Made by a program: the position numbers and the translations under genes. Source: Minisyncoccota bacterium (GTDB taxonomy: Bacteria; Patescibacteriota; Minisyncoccia; Phycocordibacterales; CSBR16-193). From it: DNA of 64,000 nucleotides. The stretch's first letter is position 1; every line of letters starts with the position of its first letter. Below the pieces are notes generated by a model that saw only the letters and a program-made list of their open reading frames with translations, searched no databases and was not told the origin of the DNA. Location of the stretch: positions 135,075-199,074 of the forward strand of contig JBBDRA010000003.1 in NCBI GenBank assembly GCA_040905715.1, given 5' to 3'. This document shows positions 49,339-58,840 of the stretch, in pieces.

Positions 49339-50633
49339 CAGATCTATCCCCCTTCAAGGTTGCTGTTTTAATTGGCTTTGGGCTCATGCTTTTTGGCGGT
49401 TTTATTGCGCTTACGTTGTTTTCCGGTGCGGGTGGTGGTGAGACGGTGACTATTAATCTATGGGGCACGGCGCCACAAAGTATTGTAAGAGAGGCTATTA
49501 AACAATCTGTGCCGGACGATACAACGGTTCGAGTTGAGTATATAGAAAAGGAAGCGGATACATTTGATACAGAGTTATTAGAAGCACTTGCTGCAGGAGA
49601 GGGGCCTGACCTGTTTTTCTTGCCGCAAGACAAAATATTGAAGCACCAAGGCAAACTTTGGACTATTCCGTTTGAGTCGTATGAAGAGCGAAGGTTCCAG
49701 GATACGTTTGCGAGTGTTACTGAGGTTTACCTTACATCGCAAGGATCGATCGGTCTGCCGATCATTGTTGATCCAATGGTGATGTACTGGAACCGAACGC
49801 TTTTCGATCAACATAGAATTTCCGCACCCCCGCAAACATGGGATAGTTTTAACAACGAGCCTCTTCGTTCGTTTATCGACAGAGATGGCCAGCAGATAGA
49901 CCAAGCAATGATCGCTTTTGGTAACTTTAGTAATATTACAAACGCAAAAGACATACTTACCACACTGGTCATGCAGTCAGGGTCTCCGTTAGTAGAGCGC
50001 CAAGGTCTAGATACGTATCGGGCGGTCATGGGCATTTCTCAGGAAGGACAGGTGATCTCTTCGGCTGTCGCTGCAGTGAACTTCTATACCCAATTTGCCG
50101 ATCCGAATAAGGTTGTCTATACCTGGAACAACTCTCTCCCTGATTCAAAGCAGATGTTCTTGAACGGTGACTTGGCGGTTTACGTAGGTTTTGCCTCAGA
50201 GCGTAATGATCTTATGCGGGAGAATCCTAACTTGGATTTTGGGGTGGCTATGCTTCCTCAGTCTTCCGGGAGAGATCAGCAATTAACCGGTGCGCGACTG
50301 GAGGCCCTTGCGATACCGTCTCAATCGCAAAAGAAAGGGGTGGCACTCACTGCTGCGGCACTGCTCACGGAAGGTGAGGGTGCGCGCATTATTGCTGAAT
50401 GGAGCGGCTTGCCACCGGCACGCCGAGATCTGTTGTCTGAAACACAGAGTCGGTCGCATATGGACGTATTCCATGATTCTGCTTTTATTTCTCGAAGCTG
50501 GTTCGATCCGGAGCCGGAATCAAGCACAGAGGTTTTTCGGGAAATGATACAGTCGATCCAGTCAGGTCGGTTGCAGCCAGCTGAAGCTATAGGTCGAGCG
50601 AATAGAGAGCTGCAAAATCTTTTGGACCAGTGA
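49335..50633 (+). CDS. membrane-anchored extracellular solute-binding protein (sugar-binding family 1-like)
   Basis: N-terminal TM; LAAG.GPD, LP..VD...MYWN..LF, PP.TW, F..G..A...GF motifs; no ABC permease adjacent. Confidence 0.8.
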   Translation: MTDLSPFKVAVLIGFGLMLFGGFIALTLFSGAGGGETVTINLWGTAPQSIVREAIKQSVPDDTTVRVEYIEKEADTFDTELLEALAAGEGPDLFFLPQDKILKHQGKLWTIPFESYEERRFQDTFASVTEVYLTSQGSIGLPIIVDPMVMYWNRTLFDQHRISAPPQTWDSFNNEPLRSFIDRDGQQIDQAMIAFGNFSNITNAKDILTTLVMQSGSPLVERQGLDTYRAVMGISQEGQVISSAVAAVNFYTQFADPNKVVYTWNNSLPDSKQMFLNGDLAVYVGFASERNDLMRENPNLDFGVAMLPQSSGRDQQLTGARLEALAIPSQSQKKGVALTAAALLTEGEGARIIAEWSGLPPARRDLLSETQSRSHMDVFHDSAFISRSWFDPEPESSTEVFREMIQSIQSGRLQPAEAIGRANRELQNLLDQ

Positions 50634-50634
50634 T

Positions 50635-51111
50635 ATGACCACGATACTAAAACACAATAAACTAATGTGGGCGGTATGTAGTACTGTTGCGTTGCTTGCT
50701 GTAGTTGTTGGAGGGGTCGCGCCCACGCAAGCTAGCGCGCAGGAGCCTGGTGACTGTCGAGCAGATGGAGGGGGTGGCGTGTTGAGCGGGCTCGTTCCAT
50801 GCGGGTGCGATACTAATGGGGACGATATAGTGAATGGCGATGAGCGCTGTGATTTTTCAGATATAATGACGCTGATCCAGAATATTATCACCTGGATCAT
50901 TCTGTTCACTATCCCGGTCGCTGCTTTGATGTTCTCGTATGCTGGCTTCTTATTGATATCTGCGCAGGGTGACGAAGGGAAAATAAGGCAAGGCAAGCAG
51001 ATATTTGGATATGTGCTGACAGGTTTTGTGTTTGTGCTAGCAGCGTGGCTGATCGTGTACACAGTTGCCAGTGTGTTATTAGACGACGAATTTTTACAAT
51101 TTCTTGAGTAA
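50635..51111 (+). CDS. VirB2/TrbC-like pilin 1
   Basis: Signal peptide, Cys-containing loop, two TMs separated by YAGF....AQG.EGKI.QGK. Confidence 0.75.
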   Translation: MTTILKHNKLMWAVCSTVALLAVVVGGVAPTQASAQEPGDCRADGGGGVLSGLVPCGCDTNGDDIVNGDERCDFSDIMTLIQNIITWIILFTIPVAALMFSYAGFLLISAQGDEGKIRQGKQIFGYVLTGFVFVLAAWLIVYTVASVLLDDEFLQFLE

Positions 51112-51535
51112 TAATATGATCAATAAAAAGTATATCTCACTTGTTTTCTCGTATTGTCTCGTGTTCGTTTTTCTTGTAGCGCTGGTCACTCCTGTTGTTG
51201 TCGGGGCTCAAAGTGGGACAATCCCCGGTGATTCCGGAATACAGAATCCGCTTGGTGAAGATGGGCCAACTACATTAATGAGTTTCATTGAGATCATCAT
51301 TACTAATATAGTATTACCTATCGCTTCGGTAGTTGTGGTTCTAGCGATTATTTACAGCGGTTTTCTCTTTGTTGCAGCGCGTGGGAACCCGACTAAGCTT
51401 GAACATGCTCGTACGGCATTTACTTGGACAGTTGTTGGTACTGCTGTGCTTTTGGGCTCCTGGGTTATCGCAGCGGCGATCGAGGGGACGCTCTGTGAGA
51501 TCACTGACGGTAATATTCCGGGACTGTGTAATTAA
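51104..51535 (+). CDS. VirB2/TrbC-like pilin 2
   Basis: IQNPLG, IIYSGF.FV.ARGNP.KL..AR..FTWTVVG. Confidence 0.78.
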   Translation: MSNNMINKKYISLVFSYCLVFVFLVALVTPVVVGAQSGTIPGDSGIQNPLGEDGPTTLMSFIEIIITNIVLPIASVVVVLAIIYSGFLFVAARGNPTKLEHARTAFTWTVVGTAVLLGSWVIAAAIEGTLCEITDGNIPGLCN

Positions 51536-51543
51536 TTCTAGCC

Positions 51544-51918
51544 ATGCGTAACTCTGTTTCTACCCAGTTTAAACTCATAGCAGCCTCACTGTTCGGATTG
51601 CTGATCATGACGGCCCCGTTTACAGTCAGTGCTCAGTCACCGGGAACGTTTGCGGAGGTTGTGGGCGAATTTATTAGTATACTTAACGTTCTTTTCCCGC
51701 TTCTTGTTCTGGCTGCCATCATGATGTTTTTTTTGGGGCTGGCTAAATACGTTTTTCGAGCTGATGAAGAACCAATGGTGCAGCAAGGAAAGTTCTTGAT
51801 GACTTGGGGACTCTTGGCGATATTTGTCTTATTCTCGATCTGGGGAATACTAGGTTTTATTTACGGCGAGTTTGGCTTTACTGATCCGTTCGGTGCGTTC
51901 TTGCTCCCAACGAGTTAG
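51544..51918 (+). CDS. VirB2/TrbC-like pilin 3
   Basis: FFLGLAKYVF.A......QGK..MTWG...IWGI. Confidence 0.75.
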   Translation: MRNSVSTQFKLIAASLFGLLIMTAPFTVSAQSPGTFAEVVGEFISILNVLFPLLVLAAIMMFFLGLAKYVFRADEEPMVQQGKFLMTWGLLAIFVLFSIWGILGFIYGEFGFTDPFGAFLLPTS

Positions 51919-51953
51919 TTGCCTTCTTGTAGATCGTGTATACAAATTTCTAT

Positions 51954-52343
51954 ATGAAAAAATTCTTAAAAGAACAATGTTTTCTTCAAATGGTTATTTC
52001 AAGCTTGTTCATGTTACTCGTTGTTCCTGGTGTGGTGCGTGCGAGTAGCCATCTTGAAGTGGAAACAATGCTTGAAAACGTGATAGGGATCATTGAGACA
52101 TTAATTCAGGTCTCTTTTGTTCTTATATTGGTAGCCTTTTTCTGGGGACTCGCTCGGTATGTTTTTAATGCGGGCAGCGAAGCGTCGATCCAGCAAGGCA
52201 AGCGCATTATGACCGGTGGCGTTATTGCTTTGACGGTCGCTTCACTGATCTGGGGAATTATAACGTGGGTTCGTGTTGAATTAGGGATCAGTGACACGTC
52301 TACTATAGAAATAATAGAAGGTCCTGGTGGGAGCGGGGCATAG
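51954..52343 (+). CDS. VirB2/TrbC-like pilin 4
   Basis: FFWGLARYVFNA.....QQGKRIM.GGVIALTVA.LIWGI; ATG at 51954. Confidence 0.75.
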   Translation: MKKFLKEQCFLQMVISSLFMLLVVPGVVRASSHLEVETMLENVIGIIETLIQVSFVLILVAFFWGLARYVFNAGSEASIQQGKRIMTGGVIALTVASLIWGIITWVRVELGISDTSTIEIIEGPGGSGA

Positions 52344-52521
52344 AAGGGGTCGAGCGGAGGAGGAAGTCTACTTCCTCGTTCATCTTATTCCTTCAGGCTG
52401 CCCGGCGCAGCCGTGTATATAGTGTTGTTGTCCACAGAAGGGTCTAGTATAATGTTGTATGGGCTATTATAATGTTAAAAGCTACCTTTATTACCAATTA
52501 TCACTAACAGGAGCTAGTCAT

Positions 52522-52884
52522 ATGAAAAAACAATTTTTAATGTACGGAACGCTTGCAGCAGTAATGGTGTTGACACCAGCTGTAGCTCTTGCGCAGGACC
52601 TGTCAGGAGTAGAAAACCTCATTGATTCGGTGCAAGATATTGTTAACACTTTAATTCCGATCATGTTTGCATTGATCGTTATCGCATTCTTTTATGGATT
52701 GGCGCGATACGTATTCAATGCTGACAACGAAGACGCTCGTGATCAAGGAAAGCGGATTATGGTGGGTGGTGTTATTGCACTAACCGTTGCAGCTTTGATC
52801 TGGGGTATTGTTTCTTGGATCGGTAACATTCTTGGAATTGAAGAAGATTCTAACCAGACCGTACCAACTATAAGCGTACGTTAG
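52522..52884 (+). CDS. VirB2/TrbC-like pilin 5 (candidate major subunit)
   Basis: AGGAG RBS, ALA-Q cleavage site, FFYGLARYVFNA....DQGKRIMVGGVIALTVA. Confidence 0.78.
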   Translation: MKKQFLMYGTLAAVMVLTPAVALAQDLSGVENLIDSVQDIVNTLIPIMFALIVIAFFYGLARYVFNADNEDARDQGKRIMVGGVIALTVAALIWGIVSWIGNILGIEEDSNQTVPTISVR

Positions 52885-52893
52885 CTTTAACTG

Positions 52894-53166
52894 ATGCCTT
52901 CTAACGTTCCAGAACTGCTCGATAAGATAAACGCCACGATCCTTAATCCACTGATCCTGCTCATGTTTACTGTCGCGACAGTACTCTTTGCATGGGGAGT
53001 GATAACATTCATCACGAGTGAAGAAGGGGGAGAGGCTCGACAGCAAGGAAAAACAAACCTTGTATACGGACTGCTCGGACTCTTTATCATGATCGCGGTC
53101 TACGGAATTATTAGGATCATTGGTGCGACGTTCGGTATACCTATCGCTGACCTCTATATTTTCTAG
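52894..53166 (+). CDS. VirB2/TrbC-like pilin 6
   Basis: ILNPLI, FAWGV..FI......RQQGK..LVYGLLGLFIM..VYGI. Confidence 0.75.
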   Translation: MPSNVPELLDKINATILNPLILLMFTVATVLFAWGVITFITSEEGGEARQQGKTNLVYGLLGLFIMIAVYGIIRIIGATFGIPIADLYIF

Positions 53167-53189
53167 CTGAAAGCTAAAAAGAAATGAAA

Positions 53190-53224
53190 AAAGCTCCCTG
53201 TGCGCGCTGCGCAGAGGGAGCTTT
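53190..53224. terminator. bidirectional terminator
   Basis: aaagctccct...agggagcttt GC-rich stem. Confidence 0.75.
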
Positions 53225-53248
53225 GGTTTGATCGAAATGAACAGGTCG

Positions 53249-53830
53249 CTAATAATCCTTATATAAAGGCTGAACGACGATCGAACGATCAATCGGAGCA
53301 GTCACGTACACTGTGTCGTCCTCACCGATGTCTGGTTCTTCTCCGGGCAATATCCAAACCCCTTTATCGTTCCGGTCAGCCTTGAAGAGGTAATAGAAGT
53401 TACCCTCTTGGGAGGAAGTAACCTTTAGGGTCCAGGGCGTCCCGGGCTCACCTTCCAACCGGATCATCCGTTCCTCTCCCGCCTCCACGAAAATCTCTTC
53501 ACCTGCCCGATTGTATTGGGTCCATGGGACCGGCTCATTCCGAGTGCGTTGAACTCGACGATCAGATCTGTGTTCTTGATCGTCGGACAACAGCGGTGGA
53601 AGAAAGATAAAGGCGCCGATGATAACACCTGCCCAGATAAGTGTTTTTTTGAGAGAAGAGTTTCTTGCTCCAGAGGGAAGAGACATCTTGGGGATGTACG
53701 CCTTCATCGTTGCAAGATCGATCTTCCTCGTTTTTTTGGTTTTGCTCGTGAGGCTTTGGTCTCTAATAAGTCTCCAGACGCCAATGCAGAATACTATGAG
53801 TAAAAGGACGCTAACGAGTATAAGTGCCAT
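53249..53830 (-). CDS. hypothetical membrane protein
   Basis: 2 TMs; GGAGG RBS and TTGACA promoter upstream. Confidence 0.7.
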   Translation of the reverse strand: MALILVSVLLLIVFCIGVWRLIRDQSLTSKTKKTRKIDLATMKAYIPKMSLPSGARNSSLKKTLIWAGVIIGAFIFLPPLLSDDQEHRSDRRVQRTRNEPVPWTQYNRAGEEIFVEAGEERMIRLEGEPGTPWTLKVTSSQEGNFYYLFKADRNDKGVWILPGEEPDIGEDDTVYVTAPIDRSIVVQPLYKDY

Positions 53831-53924
53831 TTGGGTACCTCCGTGTTTGGTTGTGGTAAGGTTCAGTCAGTAGATATTATTACATATATGAATACATATG
53901 TCAATTTATATTGAATATAAAAAA

Positions 53925-53950
53925 CTGCTCGTTGCTTGTGCAACGAGCAG
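53925..53950 (-). terminator. intrinsic terminator after the SPFH gene
   Basis: ctgctcgttgc-ttgt-gcaacgagcag with a T-run on the minus strand. Confidence 0.75.
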
Positions 53951-53973
53951 GGGGTTAAAATAACATCTTACGT

Positions 53974-55275
53974 TTAGTCAATGTGCGCCTTGGAAATTGA
54001 TGTGACGCTCTTGATAAGATCATCGAAGGTGCCGCCTGTCATAAGCAAGTGATTGTTGCCCTGTTGAAGAGCTCTTTCCATTTGCTGGAGTTGGTAGGCA
54101 AGTCTGCCTTCGTCGTCTTTCATTTTCTTGGCTAGCTGTCCAACACCAAGAGCACGGGCCTTGTAGAGAGCTTTCTCAGCTTCTGCACGAGCTTTACCCT
54201 CAGATTCAATTACCTTTGCGCTCCCGATCCCTTCGAGTTCTAGTCGTTCTCTCTCTGCTTGGGCGTTCGTTATGGTCGTGCGTTTTTGAGCCAACGCACT
54301 GCTTGCCTCGGAAACTGATGCATTAACTACGCGAGGGATCCCAAAATCGGAAACCCAAACGCCTTCAACATCGATACCCCACCACTCCTTTTGTTTTGTG
54401 GAAGCATTTGATCCAGCTTCCACATCGTTTTCGGGTGGTTGCGCATCCGGTTCGCCGACCAGGAATTCGACAGCTTTGGTCAGTTGGTCGTTGATCCAGT
54501 GATGTCGCCGGGTTCCCTGTGCCAATGTTGTTTTTCCAGCAATGGCCTGAAGTGCAGGCTCAGCTGTCTGCATTTGATGCCGGTTGGCTTTGTTAACACT
54601 GCCCACCATTTTCAGAAATAGAGCATGGGCACCGGGTTCCCCATCTATCTTCCAGCGAACGACTACTCGGGGGCATGTGCTGATCCGTGCACCGTATGGT
54701 GACTGAGCGTCTTCTTCCCGTAACAGTTTCCCTTCCTCACCATCCGGATACTTAGCTGTTGCTGCCGGCTCCCAGACTACCTCAAAGGCATCTTCAACGA
54801 TAAACGCTTCATCGTTTTCAGAGGCACTTGTGCTGACAGGATTTCCCAATTCGTCTTTCTTGATGACAGAACCAAACTCAAGTTGTATGTAGTTTTGGGT
54901 TGCTGTTTCAAGAGAGGAGATGCCAAAGGGAACGAAGTGAATACCGGTGTCTGCGTGTTTGATCGGTGCTCCAAAGTAGAGTACTGTACCGATTTCGTCT
55001 ACTCTAACTTTTTTGAAACTAAAGATCGTGTAAATTGCAACCACGATTATGCCGGGAATTAACCAGCGGACGTCTGTAAACACAATAGGCAAGAGTAATC
55101 CCGCCAAAGCGATGACTAAGTAGATCCAGATGACTGTGCGAAGGAAGCTTACTTCCGTCTTCTTCATATCTTTACATATCCGTTCGATCGCTTCCTTTTT
55201 TCTCTGGTCAGCGGTACTGGGTTTTTCCGAGGCGGTTGAATCAGAACTCATGACGATCTTTCCTTCCTCTCCCAA
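53974..55275 (-). CDS. SPFH/band-7 (HflC/stomatin-like) membrane protein
   Basis: 2 TMs, V..DEIG.VL.FG...GIHF.PF, WGIDV..V.VSD and an AQAE..AEAE coiled coil; start may be ATG 55251. Confidence 0.82.
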   Translation of the reverse strand: MGEEGKIVMSSDSTASEKPSTADQRKKEAIERICKDMKKTEVSFLRTVIWIYLVIALAGLLLPIVFTDVRWLIPGIIVVAIYTIFSFKKVRVDEIGTVLYFGAPIKHADTGIHFVPFGISSLETATQNYIQLEFGSVIKKDELGNPVSTSASENDEAFIVEDAFEVVWEPAATAKYPDGEEGKLLREEDAQSPYGARISTCPRVVVRWKIDGEPGAHALFLKMVGSVNKANRHQMQTAEPALQAIAGKTTLAQGTRRHHWINDQLTKAVEFLVGEPDAQPPENDVEAGSNASTKQKEWWGIDVEGVWVSDFGIPRVVNASVSEASSALAQKRTTITNAQAERERLELEGIGSAKVIESEGKARAEAEKALYKARALGVGQLAKKMKDDEGRLAYQLQQMERALQQGNNHLLMTGGTFDDLIKSVTSISKAHID

Positions 55276-55449
55276 TAGGGAGATATGTTGTAAGGTGCAC
55301 TTTGTGGGAGAACGAACTGGTTATAATAGTACTTAAATTAATGAATTTGTCAATATATTATATGGGTAATATTTTGACAAATAGGTGTTTAATGTTATAT
55401 TAAGTACACCTGATTGTTCCTTTTATACACTTGTTTGAAGGAGTGAAGT

Positions 55450-56154
55450 ATGACTTTGTCACCGACTGCATCCGTGTTTGGTTTATTTCTTGTTGTTGGG
55501 CTTCCGATCTTCTTAATGGTAGGGGTCTTTTGGGTGCTGATTCGAGGTTCTAAAAACATGGAGATTGAGGCTGAACGTAAGAAGCAGGCTGCGCGTAACC
55601 CACGGAAGCGCTACTATGGGCCCCCGTTTAAAGTTTGGCAGACGGTTTATGTTCCGGATATGGAACGTAAAGCTGTTGCTCAAAGTTTCCAAGTCCCAAA
55701 AGTAATCAATAAGCGGACAAAGGCAATGCTGCTCTCGGAGCAGTTTCCTTACTGGAGAAGCGGAAAAGTCTCCTTGGTTCGTACAACGCCTTATGACTTA
55801 GGTTTCGAGGCGGGGTGCGAAGGCCACGTTGCGGTCGACCTGAAAACTGAGCGTAAAACGATACTCATTAGAAGGGTCTTGGCGCGCGCTAAGAGTCTTG
55901 GGTTGAAACCGTGCCACCCGGTACTCCCTCTGTTTTTACGACTCCAATTAGATACCAAGGACAAGATAGAGGTTGTTGTCGATCCGGTCTCCTGTAACGA
56001 TACACGTTTATTCCGATGCATATTGCACTATGGGTTCAGTAATGATCGGAGTAGTAGTGTGGAGCGCTTCCGTGTTGAAGAGTTTGTGCCAATCGATGAG
56101 GGCGACGGAGTGGACGTGTTCACCCGACTGATCTTTGCTTTGCCGAACGAATGA
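55450..56154 (+). CDS. hypothetical protein with N-terminal TM
   Basis: AAGGAG RBS, TTGACA-16-TATATT promoter, terminator at 56184-56212. Confidence 0.7.
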   Translation: MTLSPTASVFGLFLVVGLPIFLMVGVFWVLIRGSKNMEIEAERKKQAARNPRKRYYGPPFKVWQTVYVPDMERKAVAQSFQVPKVINKRTKAMLLSEQFPYWRSGKVSLVRTTPYDLGFEAGCEGHVAVDLKTERKTILIRRVLARAKSLGLKPCHPVLPLFLRLQLDTKDKIEVVVDPVSCNDTRLFRCILHYGFSNDRSSSVERFRVEEFVPIDEGDGVDVFTRLIFALPNE

Positions 56155-56183
56155 TTATTTGGATTGATGTTTTTCACCAAATC

Positions 56184-56212
56184 AAGCCCTCGCCTATAAA
56201 GCGAGGGCTTTT
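56184..56212. terminator. intrinsic terminator
   Basis: aagccctcgc-ctataaa-gcgagggctttt. Confidence 0.8.
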
Positions 56213-56267
56213 AAACAGGTGTTATATTTCTAACTGTTGAAGGTATTTTTAGTGGTTACTTATTATG

Positions 56268-56350
56268 TGGGCAGGGGGAGACTCGAACTCCCAAGCCGTA
56301 AAGGCACTAGCTCCTAAGGCTAGCGTGTATACCAATTCCACCACCTGCCC
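56268..56350 (-). tRNA. tRNA-Leu(TAG)
   Basis: GGGCAGG...CCTGCCC-A; anticodon loop CT-TAG-GA; long variable arm. Confidence 0.95.
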
Positions 56351-56357
56351 ATTTATT

Positions 56358-58019
56358 CTATTGTACTAGCGCCACAACTGGTGTGAGTACGTAGCGCGTT
56401 GCCTCGCGCATCCACTCGTGTTCTCGGATCACATCCGCGATCGGCGGGCTCACCGTATAATACAGGGATACGAGAGAATTGCCAACCGGATTCGGCAGAA
56501 GTGTGTTGTCACGAAAATTACGAAGATGAACTATATCCTGATCAAGGTCAGTGCCGAATGCAGCTGTTGCGATGAAGCATCCACCACCGTCCTCAGGAGC
56601 CTCTTCGACCACGGCTACAGCGCACTGGAAAGTGAGAGTCCGCTCTTCTGTTTGTATGTCTACCTGTGCCTTCTTGATTCCAACGGTACCGTATACTCCA
56701 ATTGCACGGTCTGGATCATCGTTATCTTGATTAAGATCATTGTCGCCGTCCCATATATAGCTAAACTCTCGCGTATTAGCCCCGAACGCGTTTGCGCGCC
56801 ATTGGATTTCTTCACCAATAACATGCGGCGGACTTTCAACGTCGCAGGAGAGTCGGGCACTGTCAAGTTCTTCGGGTGGAAACTGCATGAACTCCGCCTT
56901 GCAGGGGAGTGTAATAGACTGATTTCCGGATGAGATAGTGACAATGCCATCCTTTATGCCGTCATTAAAGTATTCTTTGGTAACTGTGTGCTCACTGCTT
57001 TCAAGTCCCTCTGATCCTTCCCAGTCATACACAACGTCGTTTATACCGCCACGGGCGTTTGCTTCCCAGGTTATTTCATTTGTACGCGTATTTAGTTCTG
57101 CAGTGCACGAGCCGGTTAGTGGTGGTTCGATGACCTGTATAGACCGAGAACAAGTAAAGCTGGTACGGCTTTCTCCATCGGTGGAAACCGAAACAGAGGC
57201 TGTTTTTTGCCCCGTACTTTCGTATCGGATCACTCTTTGCTCTCCGGTTCCTTCAAGATCACCGCTTCCATCCCACTCATACTGATAGCGACCGGTACTG
57301 CCGCCAATAGCAAACGCGCGCCAATTAGCTTCTTGGTTAATTTCTATGCGTTCCTTCTCAGGTTCACATGATCCGGTTATGCCGGTAGTATCTATGTCCT
57401 CAGCTATTACTTCCTGTAGAACGGTAAATATCCGCTCTGCCATTATTTCGTATCCCTCGTCGTTTGGATGGACCGGATCGGAAAGACGCGATGGTTTACC
57501 GTGAATGTCTTGCATAATGTTGCGCACATACGCCGCATCGGTCTCGTCGGCAAGATCTTGATAGTCTTGTTCACGATCAAATCGAAACAGCTGTCCATGG
57601 GCGCTGGCTAAAATGACATGCGCTCCGTTATCCTGGATCCGAGTTACAATTTCCTCGAGGTTATCAAATGTTTCTTCTTTAGGTACATCTTGAAGTATAT
57701 CGTTGCCGCCAAGTAAAACTATGACAATGTCCGGATCTTTTCTGAGAACCGCGGTATCAAGTCTATTTAGAGCATCTTCAGTTGTGTCGCCGGTTCGACC
57801 TTCATTGTCGATCGAAAGTTCTGTCCAACGTTCCAGGTCGGAAACATATCCATTGTCGCTTGAACCAACGCCAACCGTGAGGCTGTCACCGAATGCGACA
57901 ATATCAAGATTATTGACTGGTGTTGCAGCAGAAAGGGTGAAGACAGGTATAAGTAAGACCGCGCCAACAAGTGCGCCAATGAGGAGCATGATCGTAATGA
58001 GTCGGCGGGAAAATATCAT
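56358..58019 (-). CDS. secreted GDSL/SGNH hydrolase with PKD-like repeats and CFI-box C-terminal domain
   Basis: FGDSLT, G.ND and D.VHPN..GY; three C..W....Y.W repeats; GGGCFIATAAFG...LRNFRD...YY..SPP.A. Confidence 0.88.
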   Translation of the reverse strand: MIFSRRLITIMLLIGALVGAVLLIPVFTLSAATPVNNLDIVAFGDSLTVGVGSSDNGYVSDLERWTELSIDNEGRTGDTTEDALNRLDTAVLRKDPDIVIVLLGGNDILQDVPKEETFDNLEEIVTRIQDNGAHVILASAHGQLFRFDREQDYQDLADETDAAYVRNIMQDIHGKPSRLSDPVHPNDEGYEIMAERIFTVLQEVIAEDIDTTGITGSCEPEKERIEINQEANWRAFAIGGSTGRYQYEWDGSGDLEGTGEQRVIRYESTGQKTASVSVSTDGESRTSFTCSRSIQVIEPPLTGSCTAELNTRTNEITWEANARGGINDVVYDWEGSEGLESSEHTVTKEYFNDGIKDGIVTISSGNQSITLPCKAEFMQFPPEELDSARLSCDVESPPHVIGEEIQWRANAFGANTREFSYIWDGDNDLNQDNDDPDRAIGVYGTVGIKKAQVDIQTEERTLTFQCAVAVVEEAPEDGGGCFIATAAFGTDLDQDIVHLRNFRDNTLLPNPVGNSLVSLYYTVSPPIADVIREHEWMREATRYVLTPVVALVQ

Positions 58020-58233
58020 GACATTAGTAAACTCCTTCCCAGGGAGAGTGTCAAGGGTCTGGGAAGGAAATTATCTAGAGTTGTCTTATAAAAAGTTCGA
58101 GTGTGATAGTACTCGAACGTAACATTATTTTTTCCTCCACGGGAAAACTACGTTTTCTCGACCCCTTTCCTTGGTTCAAATCTAAGATGGCCGAGATATA
58201 GAAAATCACCCATATAAAAATGAGTGACGTCAC

Positions 58234-58483
58234 TTGTCCGCCCACTTGGATTTGGCCCCGCGAGTTCTAAGTATTTTGCTTCGCTCACTCTCAAAATAAA
58301 ACTTCTTGTGTTTTCTTCGAAAAAATCCGCGAAGCGAATGTGTGCTTTTTTGGATATGGAACGTTACACTTGCAAAAAACACACATTCGCCTGGCCGGCG
58401 CCTCACATCACTTCGCGATATGTTCCGGCGCTTCAAATCCAAACGAAAGATCATAAATGACCTTTCTCTGGGCGGACAAAAAA
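58234..58483 (-). repeat. tRNA-Lys mirror element
   Basis: Minus strand: ttttttgtccgccca-GA[gaaaggtcat tt atgatctttc]GT-ttggatttgaa ... caaatccaagtgggcggacaa (21-bp exact copy of the tRNA 3' end). Confidence 0.85.
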
Positions 58484-58499
58484 CCGCTCCGCTTTTTTG

Positions 58500-58572
58500 T
58501 CCGCCCACTTGGATTTGAACCAAGGACCGTTCGCTTAAGAGGCGACTGCTCTACCAACTGAGCTATGGGCGG
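58500..58572 (-). tRNA. tRNA-Lys(CTT)
   Basis: CCGCCCA...TGGGCGG-A; anticodon loop CT-CTT-AA. Confidence 0.95.
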
Positions 58573-58620
58573 ATATATAGGTTGTTGAAATTTTATAACA
58601 CAAAAATACTTGTATTGCAC

Positions 58621-58791
58621 GTGTGGGCGAGGCGGGAGTCGCCGTCAGCTCACATCAATCTTTTATTTCGCTTCGCTCATAAAAGATTGTGTGGCTCCTG
58701 GCCGGGCTCGCCTGCCTCTCCAGGTATTCGAGACATGGCTCCGCCTTTCGACTCCCGACGAACACGCATAAATGCGTGTTCTCCTCTTCTC
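58621..58791 (-). repeat. tRNA-Leu(TAA) mirror element
   Basis: Minus strand: gagaagag-GA[gaacacgcat tt atgcgtgttc]GT-cgggagtcgaa ... cgactcccgcctcgcccacac (21-bp exact copy). Confidence 0.85.
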
Positions 58792-58840
58792 TGTGATTAA
58801 CAATAGTGTAGGTACCATAGGTATCCAGTTTATTGTTGTG

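Noticed and set aside
56155-56267. Mirror element or att duplication downstream of tRNA-Leu(TAG), and likewise of tRNA-Val/Glu
   Set aside because: No antisense or sense copy of these tRNA 3' ends was found by eye; only an ordinary terminator follows tRNA-Leu(TAG)
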